DNA from: Cyanophora paradoxa CCMP329
Lineage: Eukaryota; Plantae; Glaucophyta
DNA: 50,980 nucleotides
Direction of reading: 5' to 3'
Assembly (NCBI GenBank): GCA_004431415.1
Contig: QPMI01000313.1
Location: forward strand, 1-50,980
Under the pieces are notes generated by a model that worked only from the letters and a program-made list of their open reading frames with translations, had not been told where the DNA came from and did not search any database. The number at the start of each line of letters is the position of its first letter. Position 1 is the stretch's first letter. The translations under genes were made by a program, and so were the position numbers. This document shows, piece by piece, positions 10,828 through 22,692 of this stretch.

Positions 10828-12185
10828 TGGACAACGTTCTATCTTACAAGAAGTATCGACAGAAACTTATAAACGAAAATGTAACATTTGACGAAAAAGA
10901 ATTGAAAAAGCGATATTTAAATTCCGAAGTGCATCAGATTTTTAAGAAACCCCGAAAACCCACCACATTTTTAAGAATCGTCGCGAAACCGAATTCATTT
11001 CAGGTAGACATTATGTTTTTTAAAGGGTATCAGACAGCAAACAATGGTATTTACAAGATGATCAGTTTCGTTGACATTCTAAGTCGAAAGGCATTCGTGT
11101 ATCCTTTTAAGAACAACGAAGACATTCCGAATATTCTGAATAAATTCAAACAGGAAGCGGGTATGGTTGCTGCACTCTCAGGTGATAATGAATTCAGTAG
11201 CGCGATGTATAGAGATTGGTGTAATGCGAATGGTGTGAGGTTGTATACAGATGTCGCGAAAGAAGAACACATAACCGTAGGAAATAAACTTGGAATCATA
11301 GATAGATTTAAGCGCACTTTTAAACAGTATCTACGCAAGTCGATGACTTCGAAAGGGACAACGAAATGGATAGATATGGTTCCCGAAGTTCTATCGATTT
11401 ATAACAATAGCCCCCATAGTTCCTTAAAGAATGATTCGCCGAACGCCGTGTATGCAAACGTAGATAAACAACTTTTTGTGTATCTACGGGATACTGTTCA
11501 CAACGACAACGTGAAGGCGAATGAAACGAATCCCGTGAAACCGGGCGACACAGTGCGTGTTTTGGAGGGTCGCGTGGGTGCCTTCGACAAAGAGGGCGCC
11601 CGTTTTAGTCAAAAGGTCTACAAAGTGGGAAGGTCGGATGGGAACCGGTTCAAGATTTTAGAAGATAACGACGGAGACGAGAAGGAAGTAAAGCGGCGCT
11701 TTAAGAAGCAAGAATTACAGAAGGTGAATAAGGAAGAGATCATAAAGATCCCGTCGCAAAAGCGCATTGAACGCGTAAAGAAAACGAATAAGGTGAATCG
11801 GTTGGTCGCGAAGGAGGGCGTCAGACCCAATCGAAGTAGGGTCGTGAGGCGTCGGTACAATCTGAGGAGCGGCGTAACGAAGCGGGGGGATCATAAAAAA
11901 ATGGTTGCGGGGTGGTTGCGCAACCAAAAAAAATGGTTGCGCGACCTGGTTGCGGTGGTTGCGCGACCTGGTTGCGGTGGTTGCGCAACCAAAAAAAATG
12001 GTTGCGCAACCATTTGCTGCACCGAAAACGACGGGGGAAGGGCGAAACCCGACGTAAGATTTATTTTTATTGAAGCGTGTTGTTATCGTGGGAGACACCG
12101 CACGAAAAAAGGTGAATTGTTACTGTTTATCGTGCGAGATCTATTGTACATTGCCGCTTATCTTGCGGAATCGATTGTACAATAG
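10827..12185 (+). CDS. Retroviral-like (rve) integrase of Polinton type; true stop probably TAA at 11894-11896
   Basis: FQVDIMF, VDILSRKAFVYP, SGDNEF, GIIDRFKRTFK, YNNSPHSSL..SP and SH3-like PGDTVRV...FDK. Consistent with the 6-bp TSD. Confidence 0.92.
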   Translation: MDNVLSYKKYRQKLINENVTFDEKELKKRYLNSEVHQIFKKPRKPTTFLRIVAKPNSFQVDIMFFKGYQTANNGIYKMISFVDILSRKAFVYPFKNNEDIPNILNKFKQEAGMVAALSGDNEFSSAMYRDWCNANGVRLYTDVAKEEHITVGNKLGIIDRFKRTFKQYLRKSMTSKGTTKWIDMVPEVLSIYNNSPHSSLKNDSPNAVYANVDKQLFVYLRDTVHNDNVKANETNPVKPGDTVRVLEGRVGAFDKEGARFSQKVYKVGRSDGNRFKILEDNDGDEKEVKRRFKKQELQKVNKEEIIKIPSQKRIERVKKTNKVNRLVAKEGVRPNRSRVVRRRYNLRSGVTKRGDHKKMVAGWLRNQKKWLRDLVAVVARPGCGGCATKKNGCATICCTENDGGRAKPDVRFIFIEACCYRGRHRTKKGELLLFIVRDLLYIAAYLAESIVQ

Positions 12186-12409
12186 ATCTCCTTACTGTCT
12201 ATCGTGCGGAATCGTGGGAGAAGCCGCGCATAAAAAGTTGAATTGAATCGATTGAATCGAAGATGAATCGAGTGAATCGAAGATGAATCGAAGATGAATC
12301 GATCGTGACATTGAGCCTTACGGTGATTTTCGATTAGATTCGATGCTGTTACGGTAAATCGTAAGAATTCGCGGATTTAATTGTTGGAGACACCGCGCCA
12401 AGCTCAGCT
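11902..12409 (-). repeat. Right terminal inverted repeat (508 bp)
   Basis: Reverse complement of 1567-2074, followed directly by the TSD CCCACC. Confidence 0.97.
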
Positions 12410-15400
12410 CCCACCCACCCGCAAGTCACTCAGTCAAAGGCCCCAGGTTTCCAATCTGCCAGAAAAAAGAAGAAAGATGCACCCCAAATCTCTCTGGGGG
12501 AATATGCACAAGGCGCTAGCCTAAGGCAGATGACCCACCCACCAGCAAGTCACTCAGTCAAAGGCCCCAGGTTTCCAATCTGCCAGAAAAAAGAAGAAAG
12601 ATGCACCCCAAATCTCTCTGGGGAATATGCACAAGGCGCTAGCCTTAGGCAGATGACCCACCCACCCACAAGTCACTAAATCAAAAGCCCCAGGTTTCCA
12701 ATCTGCCAGAAAAAAGAAGAAAGATGCACCCCAAATCTCTCTGGGGGAATATGCACAAGGCGCTAGCCTTAGGCAGATGACCCACCCACCGCAAGTCACT
12801 CAGTCAAAGGCCCCAGGTTTCCAATCTGCCAGAAAAAAGAAGAAACATGCACCCCAAATCTCTCTGGGGGAATATGCCCAAGGCGCTAGCCTTAGGCAGA
12901 TGACCCACCCACCAGCAAGTCACTCAGTCAAAGGCCCCAGGTTTCCAATCTGCCAGAAAAAAGAAGAAAGACCCCAAATCTCTCTGGGGGAATATGCACA
13001 AGGTGCTAGCCTTAGGAAGATGACCCACCTAAAAGCAAGTCACTCAGTCAAAGGCCCCAGGTTTCCAATCTGCCAGAAAAAAGAAGAAGGATGCACCCCA
13101 AATCTCTCTGGGGAAATATGCCCAAGGCACTAGCCTTAGGATGATGACCCACCCACCAGCAAGTCACTCAGTCGAAGGCCCCAGGTTCAGGATCTGTGAC
13201 AAAATCAAAGAAAGATGCACCCCAAATCTCTCTGGGGGAATATGCACAAGGCGCTAGCCTTAGGCAGATGACCCACCCACCCGCAAGTCACTCAGTCAAA
13301 GGCCCCAGGTTTCCAATCTGCCAGAAAAAAGAAGAAAGATGCACCCCAAATCTCTCTGGGGGAATATGCACAAGGCGCTAGCCTTAGGCAGATGACCCAC
13401 CCACCAGCAAGTCACTCAGTCAAAGGCCCCAGGTTTCCAATCTGCCAGAAAAAAGAAGAAAGATGCACCCCAAATCTCTCTGGGGGAATATGCACAAGGC
13501 GCTAGCCTTAGGCAGATGACCCACCCACCAGCAAGTCACTCAGTCAAAGGCCCCAGGTTTCCAATCTGCCAGAAAAAAGAAGAAAGATGCCCCCCAAATC
13601 TCTCTGGGGGAATATGCACAAGGTGCTAGCCTTAGGCAGATGACCCACCCACCCACAAGTCACTAATTCAAAAGCCCCAGGTTTCCAATCTGCCAGAAAA
13701 AAGAAGAAAGATGCACCCCAAATCTCTCTGGGGGAATATGCACAAGGCGCTAGCCTTAGGCAGATGACCCACCCACCCGCAAGTCACTCAGTCAAAGGCC
13801 CCAGGTTTCCAATCTGCCAGAAAAAAGAAGAAACATGCACCCCAAATCTCTCTGGGGAATATGCCCAAGGCGCTAGCCTTAGGCAGATGACCCACCCACC
13901 AGCAAGTCACTCAGTCAAAGGCCCCAGGTTTCCAATCTGCCAGAAAAAAGAAGAAAGATGCACCCCAAATCTCTCTGGGGGAATATGCACAAGGCGCTAG
14001 CCTTAGGCAGATGACCCACCCACCAGCAAGTCACTCAGTCAAAGGCCCCAGGTTTCCAATCTGCCAGAAAAAAGAAGAAAGATGCACCCCAAATCTCTCT
14101 GTGGGAATATGCCCAAGGCGCTAGCCTTAGGCAGATGACCCACCCACCAGCAAGTCACTCAGTCAAAGGCCCCAGGTTTCCAGAAGAAGAAGAGTATGTA
14201 TAAGACAGGCCCAAGCCGGTTGTGCAAGGTTTCCAATCTGCCAGAAAAAAGAAGAAAGATGCACCCCAAATCTCTCTGGGGGAATATGCACAAGGCGCTA
14301 GCCTTAGGCAGATGACCCACCCACCAGCAAGTCACTCAGTCGAAGGCCCCAGGTTCAGGATCTGTGACAAAATCAAAGAGAGATGCACCCCAAATCTCTC
14401 TGGGGGAATATGCACAAGGTGCTAGCCTTAGGCAGATGACCCACCTAAAAGCAAGTCACTCAGTCAAAGGCCCCAGGTTTCCAATCTGCCAGAAAATAGA
14501 AGAAAGATGCACCCCAAATCTCTCTGGGGGAATATGCACAAGGCGCTAGCCTTAGGCAGATGACCCACCCAAATCTCTCTGGGGGAATATGCACAAGGCG
14601 CTAGCCTTAGGCAGATGACCCACCCACCAGCAAGTCACTCAGTCAAAGGCCCCAGGTTTCCAATCTGCCAGAAAAAAGAAGAAAGATGCACCCCAAATCT
14701 CTCTGTGGGAATATGCCCAAGGCGCTAGCCTTAGACAGATGACCCACCCACCAGCAAGTCACTCAGTCAAAGGCCCCAGGTTTCCAGAAGAAGAAGAGTA
14801 TGTATAAGACAGGCCCAAGCCGGTTGTGCAAGGTTTCCAATCTGCCAGAAAAAAGAAGAAAGATGCACCCCAAATCTCTCTGGGGGAATATGCACAAGGC
14901 GCTAGCCTTAGGCAGATGACCCACCCACCAGCAAGTCACTCAGTCGAAGGCCCCAGGTTCAGGATCTGTGACAAAATCAAAGAGAGATGCACCCCAAATC
15001 TCTCTGGGGGAATATGCACAAGGTGCTAGCCTTAGGCAGATGACCCACCTAAAAGCAAGTCACTCAGTCAAAGGCCCCAGGTTTCCAATCTGCCAGAAAA
15101 AAGAAGAAAGATGCACCCCAAATCTCTCTGGGGAAATATGCACAAGGCGCTAGCCTTAGGCAGATGACCCACCCAAATCTCTCTGGGGGAATATGCACAA
15201 GGCGCTAGCCTTAGGCAGATGACCCACCCACCCGCAAGTCACTCAGTCAAAGGCCCCAGGTTTCCAATCTGCCAGAAAAAAGAAGAAAGATGCACCCCAA
15301 ATCTCTCTGGGGGAATATGCCCAAGGCGCTAGCCTTAGGAAGATGACCCACCCACCAGCAAGTCACTCAGTCGAAGGCCCCAGGTTCAGGATCTGTGACA

Positions 15401-18400
15401 AAATCAAAGAAAGATGCACCCCAAATCTCTCTGGGGGAATATGCACAAGGCGCTAGCCTTAGGCAGATGACCCACCCACCCGCAAGTCACTCAGTCAAAG
15501 GCCCCAGGTTTCCAATCTGCCAGAAAAAAGAAGAAAGATGCACCCCAAATCTCTCTGGGGAATATGCACAAGGCGCTAGCCTTAGGCAGATGACCCACCC
15601 ACCAGCAAGTCACTCAGTCAAAGGCCCCAGGTTTCCAATCTGCCAGAAAAAGAAGAAAGATGCCCCCAAATCTCTCTGGGGGAATATGCACAAGGTGCTA
15701 GCCTTAGGCAGATGACCCACCCACCAGCAAGTCACTCAGTCAAAAGCCCCAGGTTTCCAATCTGCCAGAAAAAAGAAGAAAGATGCACCCCAAATCTCTC
15801 TGGGGGAATATGCACAAGTCACTAGCCTTAGGCAGATGACCCACCCACCCGCAAGTCACTCAGTCAAAGGCCCCAGGTTTCCAATCTGCCAGAAAAAAGA
15901 AGAAAGATGCACCCCAAATCTCTCTGGGGGAATATGCCCAGGGCACTAGCCTTCGGAAGATGACCCACCCACCAGCAAGTCACTCAATCGAAGGCCCCAG
16001 GTTCAGGATCTGTGACAAAATCAAAGAAAGATGCACCCCAAATCTCTCTGGGGGAATATGCACAAGGCGCTAGCCTTAGGCAGATGACCCACCCACCGCA
16101 AGTCACTCAGTCAAAGGCCCCAGGTTTCCAATCTGCCAGAAAAAAGAAGAAAGATGCACCCCAAATCTCTCTGGGGGAATATGCACAAGGCGCTAGCCTT
16201 AGGCAGATGACCCACCCACCAGCAAGTCACTCAGTCAAAGGCCCCAGGTTTCCAATCTGCCAGAAAAAAGAAGAAAGATGCACCCCAAATCTCTCTGGGG
16301 GAATATGCACAAGGTGCTAGCCTTAGGCAGATGACCCACCCACCCACAAGTCACTAATTCAAAAGCCCCAGGTTTCCAATCTGCCAGAAAAAAGAAGAAA
16401 GATGCACCCCAAATCTCTCTGGGGGAATATGCACAAGGCGCTAGCCTTAGGCAGATGACCCACCCACCCGCAAGTCACTCAGTCAAAGGCCCCAGGTTTC
16501 CAATCTGCCAGAAAAAAGAAGAAACATGCACCCCAAATCTCTCTGTGGGAATATGCACAAGGCGCTAGCCTTAGGCAGATGACCCACCCACCCGCAAGTC
16601 ACTCAGTCAAAGGCCCCAGGTTTCCAATCTGCCAGAAAAAAGAAGAAAGATGCACCCCAAATCTCTCTGGGGGAATATGCACAAGGCACTAGACTTAGGC
16701 AGATGACCCTCCCAAATGCAAGTCACTCAGTCCAACGCCCCAGGTTTCCGATCTGCCACAAAAAGAAGAAAGATGCACCCCAAATCTCTCTGGGGGAATA
16801 TGCACAAGGCGCTAGCCTTAGGCAGATGACCCATCCACCAGCAAGTCACTCAGTCAAAGGTCCCAGGTTTCCAATCTGCCAGAAAAAAGAAGAAAGATGC
16901 ACCCCAAATCTCTCTGGGGGAATATGCACAAGGCGCTAGCCTTAGGCAGATGACCCACCCATGTATGGGGGCTTGCCCCTCAGTTGGTGTGTTGGGTGGA
17001 AATACAGTGTGGTGTCCAGGAACTTGTCCTGGTACATCAGCGTGTGAACCCATAGTGTACTACGGGACAAGATGTACCCCAAATCCCTCTGGGGGGATAT
17101 GCACAAGGCGCTAGCCTTAGGCAGATGACCCACCCACCAGCAAGTCACTCAGTCGAGGGCCCCAGGTTTCCGATCTGCCAGAAAAAAGAAGAAAGATGCA
17201 CCCCAAATCTCTCTGGGGGAATATGCACAAGGCGCTAGCCTTAGGCAGATGACCCACCCACCAGCAAGTCACTCAGTCAAAGGCCCCAGGTTTCCAATCT
17301 GCCAGAAAAAAGAAGAAAGATGCCCCCAAATCTCTCTGGGGGAATATGCACAAGGCGCTAGCCTTAGGAAGATGACCCACCCACCCACAAGTCACTAATT
17401 CAAAAGCCCCAGGTTTCCAATCTGCCAGAAAAAAGAAGAAAGATGCACCCCAAATCTCTCTGGGGAATATGCACAAGGCGCTAGCCTTAGGCAGATGACC
17501 CACCCACCACTAAGTCACTCAGTCGAAGGCCCCAGGATAAGGATCTGTGACAAAATAGAAGCAAGATGCACCCCTAACCCTAACCAAAATCTCTCTGGGG
17601 GAATATGCACAAGGCGCTAGCCTTAGGCAGATGACCCACCCATGTATGGGGCTTGCCCCTCAGTTGGTGTGTGGGTGGAAATACAGTGTGGTGTCCAGGA
17701 ACTTGTCCTGGTACATCAGCGTGTGAACCCATAGTGTACTACGGACAAGATGTACCCCAAATCCCTCTGGGGGGATATGCACAAGGCGCTAGCCTTAGGC
17801 AGATGACCCACCCACCAGCAAGTCACTCAGTCAAAGGCCCCAGGTTTCCGATCTGCAACAAAAAGAAGAAAGATGCACCCCAAATCTCTCTGGGGAATAT
17901 GCACAAGGCGCTAGCCTTAGGTAAATGACCCTCCAAAAGCAAGTCACTCAGTCGAAGGCCCCAGGTTTCCGATCTGCAACAAAAAAGAAGAAAGATGCAC
18001 CCCAAATCCCTCTGGGGAATATGCACAGGGCGCTAGCCTTAGGCAGATGACCCTCCCACCAGCAAGTCACTCAGTCGAAGGCCCCAGGTTTCCAATCTGC
18101 CAGAAACTAGAAAAAGGATGCACTTCATATCCCTCTGGAGGAATATGCACAAGGCGCTAGCCTTAGGCAGATGAACCCACCCACCAGGAAGTCACTCAGT
18201 CGAGGGCCCCAGGTTTCCGATCTGCTTGAGAAAAGAAGAAAGATGCACCCCAAATCTCTCTGGGGGAACATGCACAAGGCGCTAGCCTTAGGCAGATGAC
18301 CCACCCACCACCAAGTCACTCAGTCGAAGGCCCCAGGATAAGGATTTGTGACAAAATACAAGCAAGTTGCACCCCTAACCCTAACCCAAAATCTCTCTGG

Positions 18401-21400
18401 GGGAATAAGTTCAAGGCGCTAGCCTTAGGCAGATGACCCACCAACCTGCAAGTCACTCAGTCGAAGGCCCCAGGTTTCCGATCTACCACAAAATCGAAGA
18501 AAGATGCACCCCAAATCCCTCTGGGGGAGTATGCACAAGGCGCTAGCCTTAGGAAGATGACCCACCTAAAAGCAAGTCACTCAGTTGAAGGCCCCAGATG
18601 TCCAATCTGCCAGAAAGAAGAAGAAAGATGCACCCCAAATCTTTCTGGGGGAATATGCACAAGGCGCTAGCTTTAGGCAAATGACCCACCCACCAGCAAG
18701 TCACTCAGTCGAAGGCCCCATATTTCCAATCTGCCAGAAAGAAGAAAAAAGATGCACCCCAAATCTCTCTGGGGGACTATGCACAAGGCGCTTGCTTTAG
18801 GAAGATGACCCAGCCACCTGCAAGTCACTCATTCGAAGGCCCCAGATTTCCAATCTGCCAGAAGAAAGCAGAAAGATGCACCCCAAATCTCTCTGGGGGA
18901 ATATGCACAAGGCGCTAGCCTTAGGAAGATGATCCACCCACCAGCAAGTCACTAATTCGAAGGCCCCAGGTTTCCAATCTGCCAGAAGAAAGAAGAAAGA
19001 TGTTTCCCAAATCTCTCTGGGGGAATATGCACAAGGCGCTAGCCTTAGGCAGATGACCCACCCACCAGCAAGTCACTCAGTCAAAGGCCCCAGGTTTCCA
19101 ATCTGCCAGAAAAAAGAAGAAAGATGCCCCCCAAATCTCTCTGGGGGAATATGCACAAGGCGCTAGCCTTAGGAAGATGACCCACCCACCCACAAGTCAC
19201 TAATTCAAAAGCCCCAGGTTTCCAATCTGCCAGAAAAAAGAAGAAAGATGCACCCCAAATCTCTCTGGGGGAATATGCACAAGGCGCTAGCCTTAGGCAG
19301 ATGACCCACCCACCACTAAGTCACTCAGTCGAAGGCCCCAGGATAAGGATCTGTGACAAAATAGAAGCAAGATGCACCCCTAACCCTAACCCAAAATCTC
19401 TCTGGGGGAATATGCACAAGGCGCTAGCCTTAGGCAGATGACCCACCCATGTATGGGGGCTTGCCCCTCAGTTGGTGTGTTGGGTGGAAATACAGTGTGG
19501 TGTCCAGGAACTTGTCCTGGTACATCAGCGTGTGAACCCATAGTGTACTACGGGACAAGATGTACCCCAAATCCCTCTGGGGGGATATGCACAAGGCGCT
19601 AGCCTTAGGCAGATGACCCACCCACCAGCAAGTCACTCAGTCAAAGGCCCCAGGTTTCCGATCTGCAACAAAAAAGAAGAAAGATGCACCCCAAATCTCT
19701 CTGGGGGAATATGCACAAGGCGCTAGCCTTAGGTAGATGACCCTCCCAAAAGCAAGTCACTCAGTCGAAGGCCCCAGGTTTCCGATCTGCAACAAAAAAG
19801 AAGAAAGATGCACCCCAAATCCCTCTGGGGGAATATGCACAGGGCGCTAGCCTTAGGCAGATGACCCTCCCACCAGCAAGTCACTCAGTCGAAGGCCCCA
19901 GGTTTCCAATCTGCCAGAAACTAGAAAAAGGATGCACTTCATATCCCTCTGGAGGAATATGCACAAGGCGCTAGCCTTAGGCAGATGAACCCACCCACCA
20001 GGAAGTCACTCAGTCGAGGGCCCCAGGTTTCCGATCTGCTTGAGAAAAGAAGAAAGATGCACCCCAAATCTCTCTGGGGGAACATGCACAAGGCGCTAGC
20101 CTTAGGCAGATGACCCACCCACCACCAAGTCACTCAGTCGAAGGCCCCAGGATAAGGATTTGTGACAAAATACAAGCAAGTTGCACCCCTAACCCTAACC
20201 CAAAATCTCTCTGGGGAATAAGTTCAAGGCGCTAGCCTTAGGCAGATGACCCACCAACCTGCAAGTCACTCAGTCGAAGGCCCCAGGTTTCCGATCTACC
20301 ACAAAATCGAAGAAAGATGCACCCCAAATCCCTCTGGGGAGTATGCACAAGGCGCTAGCCTTAGGAAGATGACCCACCTAAAAGCAAGTCACTCAGTTGA
20401 AGGCCCCAGATGTCCAATCTGCCAGAAAGAAGAAGAAAGATGCACCCCAAATCTTTCTGGGGAATATGCACAAGGCGCTAGCTTTAGGCAAATGACCCAC
20501 CCACCAGCAAGTCACTCAGTCGAAGGCCCCATATTTCCAATCTGCCAGAAAGAAGAAAAAGATGCACCCCAAATCTCTCTGGGGGACTATGCACAAGGCG
20601 CTTGCTTTAGGAAGATGACCCAGCCACCTGCAAGTCACTCATTCGAAGGCCCCAGATTTCCAATCTGCCAGAAGAAAGCAGAAAGATGCACCCCAAATCT
20701 CTCTGGGGGAATATGCACAAGGCGCTAGCCTTAGGAAGATGATCCACCCACCAGCAAGTCACTAATTCGAAGGCCCCAGGTTTCCAATCTGCCAGAAGAA
20801 AGAAGAAAGATGTTTCCCAAATCTCTCTGGGGGAATATGCACAAGGCGCTAGCCTTAGGAAGATGACCCACCCACCCACAAGTCACTAATTCAAAAGCCC
20901 CAGGTTTCCAATCTGCCAGAAAAAAGAAGAAAGATGCACCCCAAATCTCTCTGGGGGAATATGCACAAGGCGCTAGCCTTAGGAAGATGATCCACCCACC
21001 AGCAAGTCACTAATTCGAAGGCCCCAGGTTTCCAATCTGCCAGAAGAAAGAAGAAAGATGTTTCCCAAATCTCTCTGGGGGAATATGCACAAGGCGCTAG
21101 CCTTAGGCAGATGACCCTCCCAAAAGCAAGACACTCAGTCAAAGGCCCCAGGTTTCCGATCTGCCACAAAATAGAAGAAAGATGCACCCCAAATCTCTTT
21201 GGGGGAATATGCACAAGGCGCTTGCCTTACACAGATGACCCACCCACCAGCAAGTCACTCAGTCATAGGCCCCAGGTTTCCAATCTGCCAGAAAATAGAA
21301 AAAGGATGCACTTCAAATCTCTTTGGAGGAATATGCACAAGGCGCTAGCGTTAGGCAGATGACCCACCCACCAGCAAGTCACTCAATCGAAGGCCCCATA

Positions 21401-22129
21401 TTTCCAATCTGCCAGAAAGAAGAAAAATGCACCCCAAATCTCTCTGGGGGAATATGCACAAGGCGCTAGCCTTAGGCAGATGACCCAGCCACCTGCAAGT
21501 CACTCATTCGAAGGCCCCATATTTCCAATCTGCCAGAAAGAAGAAGAAAGATGCACCCCAAATCTCTCTGGGGGACTATGCACAAGGCGCTTGCTTTAGG
21601 AAGATGACCCAGCCACCTGCAAGTCACTCATTCGAAGGCCCCAGATTTCCAATCTGCCAGAAGAAAGAAGAAAGATGCACCCCAAATCTCTCTGGGGGAA
21701 TATGCACAAGGCGCTAGCCTTAGGAAGATGACCCAGCCACCTGCAAGTCACTCATTCGAAGGCCCCAGATTTCCAATCTGCCAGAAGAAAGAAGAAAGAT
21801 GTTTCCCAAATCTCTCTGGGGGAATATGCACAAGGCGCTAGCCTTAGGAAGATTACCCACCCACCAGCAAGTCACTCAGTCAGAGGCCCCAGGTTTCTGA
21901 TCTGTGACAAAAAAAAGCAAGATGCACCCCGAATCTCTCTGGGGGAAGATGCACAAGGCGCTAGCCTTAGGAAGATGACCCACCCACCAGCAAGTCACTC
22001 AGTTGAATGCAGTAGGTTTTTGATCCGCCACAAAATAGAAGAAGGATACACCCCAAATCTCTCTGGGGGAATATGCACAAGGTGCTAGCCTTAGGCAGAT
22101 GACCCACCCACCAGCAAGTCACCAGCAAG
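12410..22129 (+). repeat. 124-bp satellite array (middle block) with higher-order repeats and small insertions
   Basis: Same monomer as the left block; divergence rises toward 22 kb. Confidence 0.98.
14183..14226 (-). mobile_element. 44-bp insertion with 9-bp TSD (second copy at 14787-14830); possible 5'-truncated non-LTR retroelement end
   Basis: AGGTTTCCA is duplicated at 14174-14182 and 14227-14235; on the minus strand the insert ends in TTC repeats. Confidence 0.55.
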
Positions 22130-22440
22130 CATCCTTCTTCTATTTTGTGGCAGATCCTTATCCTGGGGCCTTTGACTGAGTGACTTGGTGGTGGGTGGGT
22201 TTTCTTCGTAAGGCTAGCGCCTTGTTCAAATTCCCCCAGAGAGATTTGGGGTGCATCTTTCTTCTATTTTGTGGCTGATTGGAAACCTGGGGCCCTCGAC
22301 TGAGTGACTTGCTGGTGGGTGGGTTCATCTTCCTAAGGCCAGGGACTTGTGCATATTCCCCCAGAGAGATTTGGGGTGCATATTCTTCTATTTTGTGGCG
22401 GATCCCAAACCTGTGGCCTTCGACAGAGTGACTTGCTGGC
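22129..22440 (-). repeat. Satellite monomers in inverted orientation
   Basis: CCCCCAGAGAGATTTGGGGTGCATC and neighbouring sequence are the reverse complement of the monomer. Confidence 0.95.
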
Positions 22441-22692
22441 CCCTATATTGGCACTTCGTGTCTTCAGCAAACCTTTCATTCTGAAGACCGACGCCTCAAA
22501 AGTTGGAGTAGGGGCGGTGCTTTCTCAATTGGATAATGATGGAAATGAAAAGTTTGTATCTTTTGCCTCCCACAAATTTACATCTGCGGAGAAGAATTGG
22601 AGTCGAGAAATTGTTGTTGAGTATGCAGCTGAACCACTAACTGAGGAGCAGCAAAAATGGACTGTCACGGAGCAGGAGTTGTATGCGATTTG
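22437..22692 (+). pseudogene. Two fused Ty3/gypsy RNase H fragments
   Basis: APILAL..FSKPFILKTDASKVGVGAVLSQ...FASHKFTSAEKNWS followed by EIVVEYAAEPLTEEQQKWTVTEQELYAI. Confidence 0.8.

Larger units (their letters stand above)
1567..12409. mobile_element. Integrated Polinton-like virus / Maverick-Polinton-type endogenous DNA virus, 10,843 bp
   Basis: 508-bp TIRs starting AGCTGAGCT and ending AGCTCAGCT. 6-bp TSD CCCACC at 1561-1566 and 12410-12415; removing the element restores a normal satellite monomer. Encodes ATPase, MCP, penton, pPolB-helicase and rve-type integrase. Confidence 0.95.

Noticed and set aside
11897-12185. C-terminal ~95-aa extension of the integrase into the TIR
   Set aside because: It is most simply explained by one missing G at 11884-11889; the extension is translated repeat sequence.
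1567-12409. Classification as a virophage (Lavidaviridae) or canonical Maverick
   Set aside because: No adenain-like maturation protease or SF3 helicase was seen, the MCP is short (~408 aa) and the genome is small; Polinton-like virus is the safer call.
1-22129. CRISPR-like array
   Set aside because: Repeats are contiguous 124-bp monomers without unique spacers; there are no cas genes and the context is eukaryotic.
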